DNA from: Piedraia hortae CBS 480.64
Taxonomy: Eukaryota
Reading direction: 5' to 3'
Length of the DNA stretch: 64,000 nt
NCBI GenBank assembly: GCA_010093745.1
Contig: MU006003.1
Coordinates: 62,001 to 126,000, forward strand
Of the stretch, positions 56,654 through 64,000 are shown in pieces. The notes under the pieces are model-generated. The model saw nothing but the letters and a program-made list of their open reading frames with translations. It was not told the origin of the DNA and made no database searches. Every line of letters starts with the position of its first letter. Within the stretch, counting starts at the first letter, position 1. Both the position numbers and the translations under genes were made by a program.

Positions 56654-58370
56654 TGCGACGAACGATAAACGAAACGTTTGCGAACGATAGTACAATTGCC
56701 AAAGGCATCCAACATTATATAAGTAGATCTGAGCTAGGCAGGCCTCGGTTGACATCGCACGTTCAACATTGGGTGCACGTGTGACCGCGGAGTTGACTTT
56801 CGCATGACATTTGTACGTATCAGCTTGACCGAGGCGTTGCATCACATCAGGGCATGTGCAACACTTCTGTTCATCCCAGGCAGACCACCAACTTTCTTAC
56901 CCGTTGCTTTGGTTTTGTCGCGTGGGGGCAATGTATACCAGAGTCTCGAAGGGTGATAGTCCTGGCAGCGAAGGGGAGCTCCCCACAAGGTGCTGTGTAT
57001 TTACGCAATTAAGGAGGGGCTCGGTCTCCGCCTGAACGTCATTCAAAGTCGTGGGTGTAGCATGGAGTGCTAAGCAAGCCCGAACTATGGAACACGATGA
57101 ATGAAAATGGTTCTCGGGTGTGTGCCGATTAGGGATTTGACATATTTTCCAGAAGAACAGCCTACACATTCCAAAAGGCTGGCTACTGAATCCAGGGGAA
57201 GCATGTCCAACTGGCGTGATTTAAAGATCGATAACCAGTCCCAGCTAGGTATCTGTAGTCGAAGCAAGACACGCATGCTAGCTGGCCAAGAAAGAGTAGA
57301 TAGACATATCGAATTTTCACGATACCGTCATTCGTTGCTCTAAAATCTGTGTTTAGCCCTTTCCAAAAAAGATATGCCAAACTTTTCTTCGACTTGGAGA
57401 TTGGGTCACGCTTCGGCGATTTAGCACCTGCAATGTTACGTAGTCAGTGGAATACTCCGTCAGTTGCTGATTTTTTCTCTTCACCAGACCCTACCACACA
57501 ATGTCCATTCAGGGGCAGACTTTGACAATCAATTCAGCACGTGGTCAGCACGCTATGCAACCCTTATGATCACCGTATATGTCAAGGACCAGATCCTAAT
57601 TCAGAATCGGGTGCCCGCTTTATGCCCCGTCTTTCGCTCCTTCGTGCGTTGTTATCAAGCTATCCAGTATCCGCATTTTCCACCCTTTGTCCTTCCTTCC
57701 TCCATAGCCCTAGTTCGAGTTCACGGACATTTGCATTTAAAAATTGGTCAATATGAGGACTTTGGTATATATGACTAACCTACAAATTACATTTGAAAGA
57801 GAATGCCAATCTCCAAATAAACTTTTAGGTACATAATACTGGTGTCATTTTCCAATCTCACGTGACTGCAGGAGATCCAATTTTCTCAGAACGCTACAAT
57901 CAGCAGCAATGTGGCACACCTCACGTAAGTCCGTGTAGATGAACAGCATATGCTAAATTGCAATTCGAAGAGATCACTGTCTGGTAGAGGTGATCATGAA
58001 AAGTTTTACCAGCCGAGACCAGGCGCTATTTTTTGTCTACGGTCTAGTTCATCTCTCGAGATATCCTTCATGCACATCCACAACTCCTTGGCTGCTAGCA
58101 CTTGTGCACGCAGGCCAATGACTTGCGATCAGTAAACCCCTTGATGACCGTCCTTGAGCATGAAGGGCACAATTCTAGAAACAAAGAGGACAAGTGCTAA
58201 CACTCGCCGGTCTCCAGCCAAATTTGTTGCAACATCTGCACACAGAACTTTGAGCGAAAATGCACTGTCTACACTATAGCCTTTAGTGCTATGAAAAGCC
58301 CTAAGATGCATCATTACTCTACATAACAGGGTCCTGAGCGGAAGACGCAATTGAGTAATTACAGCTCAAT

Positions 58371-61300
58371 TCACATCTCCAGCGACTCGAACAGCATCTT
58401 CTTAACCGCATCTTCTCCGTTCTTCTCTGCTTGCGGACCATCTTCACCTTCGCCCGCCACTCTCTCATCTAGAGCTAGCTTGGAAGCCCCCAAAGCATGA
58501 ATCTGTTCTTCTATGGTTCCTTTGGTTACCATTCTGACAACTTCGACCTCGCGTGTCTGTCCCACACGGTGTGCCCGATTCTCGGCCTGGACGTCATCTT
58601 GCGGGTTGAAACCGGAATCGAATATGATGACTTTGTTGGCACATGCTAGATTGATGCCTGCTCCACCAGCTTTGGTAGATAAAAGGAAGACAGAGATACT
58701 CTCGTCCCTTGTGAACTGATCAATCATGTCCTGCCTGGTATCCATTGGAGTAGAACCATCCAAGCGCATGAACTTGATCTGAAGCGTCTCTAACACGGCT
58801 TCAAGGATATCCATGAGTGTAGTGAATTGCGAAAATACCAGCACCCGATCGCCATTAGCCGCGTAGCCGCCAACGAGTTCTTTAAATTTTTGCACCTTGC
58901 CCGAGTCCATCCATTCCTCATTTTTCAGCGCATACTTGTGCAAGAATGGCCGATGGGGATCGGCGCAAAAGCGGTGAAGGGCATAATCCCCACCCTTCAA
59001 GCTGACACCGGTATTAGATTCGTCTGTCAGATAGGCGCGGATCTTCTCAGGTGAATTGCCTCCATATTCCTCGCTTTGCGCTAAAAGTTTGACAATTTTG
59101 TCGATTATTTTATCATCATACAAACGCCTTGCAAGCAATGGATGAAGAGCAGCCATACGGAGCGCCATCAAGAGGTTAGAGCTTCCGTCCCTGCCACCCT
59201 TGTGTTTCTTGCCCTCTGTCACCAATCGCCGGGCTTCATTCAATGAGCCGTTATAACACTCTGCTTGGACATTGGTCATTTGACACCATTCTATACGGCT
59301 GTGCTTTGTCGGCAGATCGAGCACTTGTAACTTCTTGCGCCTCAATATGAACGGCGTCATCATCATACGAGCGCGGTCAATCCGTTCAGCCGAGAGCAGC
59401 GCAGCATGATTAGACTCCTTTGTGCTGGCTTTATGCTTGAATATCATGTTCAAGTCGTCGCGTTTATCTTTGAACATATCGGGCATGATGAACGCCAGGA
59501 TGCTCACCAGTTCTTGCAAGTTGTTTTGCAACGGCGTGCCGGTAAGCAGAATGCGAAAGTCGGATTTGATGCGAGTAAGCTGTTCGTAGCGGTTGGACGT
59601 TGGATTGCGCAGCTGGTGTGCCTCGTCGTACACACAAACAGCGGGTTCGAGCTTTCTGAGAAATTTGTTGTCGATTGGCTTGACCGACATATCGTACGTG
59701 GTGACGACGACGTCAATGGAATCAAACTCTTGGTCAATCTGCTCCTGCTGTTGGTAACGTTGAGACTGGCTGCCATAGTAAGGAACAACATTGAGGGACG
59801 GTGCAAAACGGGCAAATTCTCGCAACCAATTCTCCAGGGTGGAGCCAGGCACGATGACGAGATGGACACCATCGACTTTTTGCTGCTGTAGATGGGCCAA
59901 GAAGGCAATTACCTGGCAGGTCTTTCCCAGCCCCATATCGTCAGCCAGGATACATGACAACTTTTGCGACCAGAGCAGATTCAGCCAATTCAAGCCGACC
60001 AGCTGGTAGTCTTTGAGCTCTACTTCGCCCATGTTGGAAGGCTGCTGGAGGAAGCGGCTTTTTCTCTGCAAGAGGCCGGGAGACGAGCGACAGGAGCTCA
60101 AAGGTGTGCCGATGCCGGAATCCTGTGTTTCGTCAAGCTTCATCATGTGCAGCTCACCGCGGCCATCGCTGTCCCCGATGCCCCAACCCTTTAGTGCGCT
60201 TTGGATAGGCTTTGCGAGTTTTTCACACTCGGCTACGAGCTCGTCAACAGCATTGTAGCCCTTCCATGTATCAAGGCAAATGTCGACGACCTTGTCTCCC
60301 AAAGGTCGAGCTTTGCTTTTTTTGCCAGATTTGGTTTCTCCAACGTATTTAACCTCACGCACAGCATCGAGCGTTGAGAAAGGGCGGCTGTCTAACAAAA
60401 AGCGAATGTCCCTCTCTGGCTGCGCCGAAAGGTCGACCAAGTCGCCAATGGTACACTCGTTTAGAAACTTTAGTAGCCGCAATTCCACAGCGGTCACGAC
60501 TGCTTCGTCTGCCTCGCTCTGGTCCTGCACGATGCCGGAGTCGAACTCCTCCTCGACATTGCTGCCACGCGACTTGGGGCTTGCTTGTCCCAGAGGGGAG
60601 GAGGATACTGTATTTGGACGCATCCTTGTTAAGCGCCGACGTTTCTTGTTAGCGAAGGCTACGCCGTAGTCCAACACCTCAATCGACGTGCTTGGCAGTG
60701 GCTTCTGGTTTACGCCATATTTTTCAGCAATGGTCTTGGAAGGAACCTTGACCTGCTGCTTGACCACCGTCCGCGGCTGCTGTTTGCTCATTAACAACCC
60801 TCGTCTCGCGGGAGGCGTGGCGCTCGCGAGCTCATCTGTGTCGCTAGACGGACTAGCATCGCGTAAATTCCGTAGAGCTTGCTCATAATTTCCGGCATGT
60901 CTGGCAAGGGCGTTGTAGCAGGCGTCTATAGTTTTGGTAGGGAAAACATCGAGCATTGACTTGACCTTCCCTCGCACCGAGGCATCTGGAACGTCTTGGA
61001 TGCTGGTGTATCGCACTGGCGACGACGCCCACTGCTGAGCCGCACGTCGTCCCCGCGACGGGGTTGCCGAGGCCGCCTGATTGTCGCCCTGGAAGCTAAA
61101 TGTGTCCAACAGGGATTTGAAAAATGTACGGCCGTCTGACAACGTAGCTGGAGATTCTGGAATATTGGCCAGCCCAAACGCACGGCCGCCTCTCGTAAAG
61201 TTAGTGGGCTGAATATCACCCTGTGTCTCGCCATCATCGGAACTGTGGTGAACCGGCATGTCTTCGCTGTCGCTGTCCGGTGCCGGTCGCTTAGTAGGCG

Positions 61301-61757
61301 GATGAAAGGTCGTGCCTGGCGGCCCCAGCGATCTAGCCAGTAAACTGCCGGCATTGCAACGGCCGCGCGGCGTCGGCAATTGAACAGGGGAGCCGGGCGG
61401 CGTTGGTGAGGATCGTTCGACCAGCACGTCAGATGATTGAGGGTCCAAATGCCAGGAATGCGTTGGCTGCGTGGTCAAAGGCTGCGTCTGCGTCTTGAGC
61501 ATGTTGTGCGAGGCCAGGGGAAGCGTTGGCTGCGTCTCGAAACCATCGTCGATAGCGTCACTTCTGTAGGTATGTCCGGCCACTTTCACCCGCTTGCGCG
61601 CATCGCAGCCGTCAGATGTCATGCTGACAAGAGCGAGAGACTGACTGCGAGAGGTGAGTGTTTGCGCAAGCGGCGTGGCATGCGTCGGAGAATTGATGCG
61701 CGACAACGGTGTCAATGAAGGGCGCCCCACTTTTGACGGACCAACTGCAGCCGTCAA
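58371..61757 (-). CDS. FUN30: SNF2-family chromatin remodeller Fun30/SMARCAD1
   Basis: CUE-like helix, LADDMGLGKT, DEAH, LLTGTPLQNN, FSQF, QAENRAHRVGQ. 5' end uncertain (first ATG 61622). Confidence 0.9.
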   Translation of the reverse strand: MTAAVGPSKVGRPSLTPLSRINSPTHATPLAQTLTSRSQSLALVSMTSDGCDARKRVKVAGHTYRSDAIDDGFETQPTLPLASHNMLKTQTQPLTTQPTHSWHLDPQSSDVLVERSSPTPPGSPVQLPTPRGRCNAGSLLARSLGPPGTTFHPPTKRPAPDSDSEDMPVHHSSDDGETQGDIQPTNFTRGGRAFGLANIPESPATLSDGRTFFKSLLDTFSFQGDNQAASATPSRGRRAAQQWASSPVRYTSIQDVPDASVRGKVKSMLDVFPTKTIDACYNALARHAGNYEQALRNLRDASPSSDTDELASATPPARRGLLMSKQQPRTVVKQQVKVPSKTIAEKYGVNQKPLPSTSIEVLDYGVAFANKKRRRLTRMRPNTVSSSPLGQASPKSRGSNVEEEFDSGIVQDQSEADEAVVTAVELRLLKFLNECTIGDLVDLSAQPERDIRFLLDSRPFSTLDAVREVKYVGETKSGKKSKARPLGDKVVDICLDTWKGYNAVDELVAECEKLAKPIQSALKGWGIGDSDGRGELHMMKLDETQDSGIGTPLSSCRSSPGLLQRKSRFLQQPSNMGEVELKDYQLVGLNWLNLLWSQKLSCILADDMGLGKTCQVIAFLAHLQQQKVDGVHLVIVPGSTLENWLREFARFAPSLNVVPYYGSQSQRYQQQEQIDQEFDSIDVVVTTYDMSVKPIDNKFLRKLEPAVCVYDEAHQLRNPTSNRYEQLTRIKSDFRILLTGTPLQNNLQELVSILAFIMPDMFKDKRDDLNMIFKHKASTKESNHAALLSAERIDRARMMMTPFILRRKKLQVLDLPTKHSRIEWCQMTNVQAECYNGSLNEARRLVTEGKKHKGGRDGSSNLLMALRMAALHPLLARRLYDDKIIDKIVKLLAQSEEYGGNSPEKIRAYLTDESNTGVSLKGGDYALHRFCADPHRPFLHKYALKNEEWMDSGKVQKFKELVGGYAANGDRVLVFSQFTTLMDILEAVLETLQIKFMRLDGSTPMDTRQDMIDQFTRDESISVFLLSTKAGGAGINLACANKVIIFDSGFNPQDDVQAENRAHRVGQTREVEVVRMVTKGTIEEQIHALGASKLALDERVAGEGEDGPQAEKNGEDAVKKMLFESLEM

Positions 61758-62007
61758 GCGCGCTAACTACACCCAAACAGTTAATTCCGTGAATAACCGC
61801 AACCCCTTTGGTCAGCAAGCTAACTCCAAGCGTTCGGCTTGATTGCTAACATGGCGTAGTCGTCTCGAAAGTTGAAATATTACTTCTACCATAGAACTAC
61901 ATATAAACTCTCCGGCAGCGGCGGAGCGGCTTGCGGAGAGGATGACGAGCCGGCGCCCCATGGAGGCAAATGACCAAGGCGGAACAAACGGGCGTCAGCG
62001 GTTGAGA

Positions 62008-62229
62008 CCACCTAGACGGTGGGAACTATAGAAGTCGGAACCCGACCGCTCCCTCACTCACCCCCTCCTCCCCCACCTTTCCTACCGTATCAGTCGCCAA
62101 GCTGGGTGGAGAGAGACCCAGGTCGTGTATAGCGTCGAGGGTACTCGCACTGTGCGGATAAATTCTGATTCTTGGTTAAACACTTGTAGGTGGACCGCAT
62201 GCCCTTCGGGGCAGAGATGTGATACATTC
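62008..62229 (+). ncRNA. Candidate structured non-coding RNA (unassigned)
   Basis: Cluster of hairpins including a C(UUCG)G-capped stem, an enclosing helix, an upstream TATAAA and a downstream AT-rich tract. No family identified. Confidence 0.3.
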
Positions 62230-62355
62230 TAGATCCTTCGGCATAAGAGTAATAATAATATTTAATAATACATGTAAACTTCGGCGCCAGTGGAAAAGTG
62301 GGGCGGCGGGGTAAGTCAGGTTGCTGCAGGGCCGCTGACCTGAGAAAAGCGTCCA

Positions 62356-62757
62356 ATGGCCACTCCCAGACAGCGCCATGTCCATCGAGGACCTTCGTCG
62401 CCTTCCACGTCAGCCCCTAGTGATGAGAAATCTAACATTTCTCCCGCAGTACCTAGGTCCGTAAGACGTTCCGGTTGGTGGGTGTGCTGACGGTTGTTGC
62501 CAGCCCGGTAATTTACAAGCTGCTGGGGTTCAGCCTAGCGATGGTCACACTTCCAATCGCCTCATATTTTCTCACAGTGAATTCCCTTTTTCAGGGTACC
62601 ATTGCCCATCCGCGATGATGCGCATTGCTGACGCAAAGCAGGCAACTCCACTTGGGCAGGGGCCTTGGCAGCCGTCATGGCCAACGTCGTCCTCGTTGCC
62701 TACATAGTTGTCGCCTTTCGAGAGAATGCTGCCGAAGCAATCGAGAAGTCGCGGTAG
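62356..62757 (+). CDS. VMA21: V-ATPase assembly factor Vma21 (3 exons; absent from the ORF track)
   Basis: MATPRQ..EKSNISPAVPS / PVIYKLLGFSLAMVTLPIASYF.. / GNSTWAGALAAVMANVVLVAYIVVAFRE..*. Introns 62457-62503 and 62596-62641. Confidence 0.88.
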
Positions 62758-62880
62758 GAGGTTTATAAAAGTATCAATGATATTACCCTTCCTGACCTAC
62801 ACTGCAGACGAGTTGGCCGGGTGCCCATGACGCCGACAGAAAACAACATTGACACGGTACTCTCCCTCTGTATTAATCAT

Positions 62881-63975
62881 CTAATCCTTCTTGCTGAAAC
62901 GTCGCTTCAGCCATCCCTTCTTCTTCTCTGGCTCGGGCCGCGCTGCAGACGGCAACTGCCCCGGCGGGGGACCCGAATTGCCCAGAGCGATGGGACGGCG
63001 CGCTGGCTGTGGCAATGCACCGTAGCCGTCTTCATCAATGGTCGGCTGCCGACCGTATCCGTTCTGTCCGTTATGTCCCAGATACTTGCCATTGGCGTTG
63101 TTTTCGATGGAGCTGTTTTCGCTGCTAGGCTCCGTGCTGTTGGTCCACGGGCCGGTGCCGGTACTGTCCGAACCCGCCGTGTGCATCGTGTCTTGGGACA
63201 GGTGGTACCCGTGGACCTGCCCATACGGCCGGCCGGATGGAGATTGACCGTCGGTCGGTAGTCTCTGTCCATAACGTGCCCGAGGCGTGCCGACCTGACC
63301 GTTGCCGGCGTAGTACCCGCCGCCAGCACTCATGTACGACGATCGGCCATGATCGTAGCCTGGCCGTTTAGCCATCCTCCTGGGACTCCATGCTACCGAC
63401 TCACCGGCGTAGTAGCTGTTTCTTTTGCTGGCCATGGCGCTATTATCCGTGTACGAGTCTATCTGCGTCAGTGCATGAAACGACAAGGAAGTTGCCAAAC
63501 GTACCTGACCGCGGAATATGCGCAGACCGTCGCTTGTAGCCGGCATCGATGGCGCGCTCAAACGAACGTATCGTCTCCAACGGCCTTTCAAGTCGCGGCC
63601 TGGTAGGATTTGACAGATCAGGATCAGCTGCGCTTCAGGTTAATCAGAGAAATGTGCGACAGGCACGGCGGTACGAACTGATGGGATTTCCGTTACTGTC
63701 CTTGTGCTGATGAGCGCGAAGAGACTCGAGCGTGACCTGCTCTGTGAGGTTCACCACTGGAATAGTCAGCTTCTGTCCCGTACGACAGCGACAGATGACA
63801 CACCGACAGGCTGGGCCTCGGACAGGGCCGCATTGGGGTTTGCCTTGTTGGTGTTCTTCAATAGGCTGTCCCGGTGACCGCCGCCATGGGCCAGTTCGTG
63901 CTCACTGTGGTCGCCAGCCCCCATGCTCCTGTTGCTGTGCGAGGTGAGACCACGGGCTCGGGGTTCGCCATCCAT
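62881..63975 (-). CDS. DUF2406-family protein (4 exons; may begin outside window)
   Basis: KANPNAALSEAQP / HKDSNGNPI / DPDLSNPTRPRLERPLETIRSFERAID / ..EKKKGWLKRRFSKKD*, joined across three short GT-AG introns. Confidence 0.8.
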
Positions 63976-64000
63976 GCTGCTACGAGAAACGCGACGGCGG

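Noticed and set aside
56850..58370. 1.5-kb AT-richer gap with short ORFs
   Set aside because: No motif, repeat or terminal structure found; left unassigned.

Overview
Eukaryotic DNA from a filamentous ascomycete (Pezizomycotina, inferred from gene content and GT...CTRAC...YAG introns). The window is gene-dense: about 30 protein genes in 64 kb, many intronless, introns mostly 41-57 nt and intergenic gaps as small as 6 bp. Most of it is housekeeping: RPC40, DUS2-like, SNT2, PPE1, UTP23, CK2 alpha, PFA4, MSB1-like, PEF1, RLM1-like MADS, dynamitin, OST2, IPP1, RAX2, DIP2/UTP12, USB1, FUN30 and VMA21. Several exon structures below were rebuilt by hand because the ORF track misses them. I see no rRNA, tRNA, CRISPR or secondary-metabolite cluster, and no clear-cut new multi-gene system. 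Best leads: (1) an intact, intron-containing gene built on a Tc1/IS630-type double HTH with no DDE domain, a candidate domesticated transposase regulator; (2) three cryptic DNA-transposon fossils from different superfamilies (Tc1 DDE tail, MULE-like zinc module, Harbinger-type Myb/SANT); (3) a hairpin-rich candidate structured ncRNA between FUN30 and VMA21; (4) a perfect 41-bp palindrome; (5) a PEF1 terminal intron that could give alternative C-termini. All family assignments come from motif recognition, not database searches.
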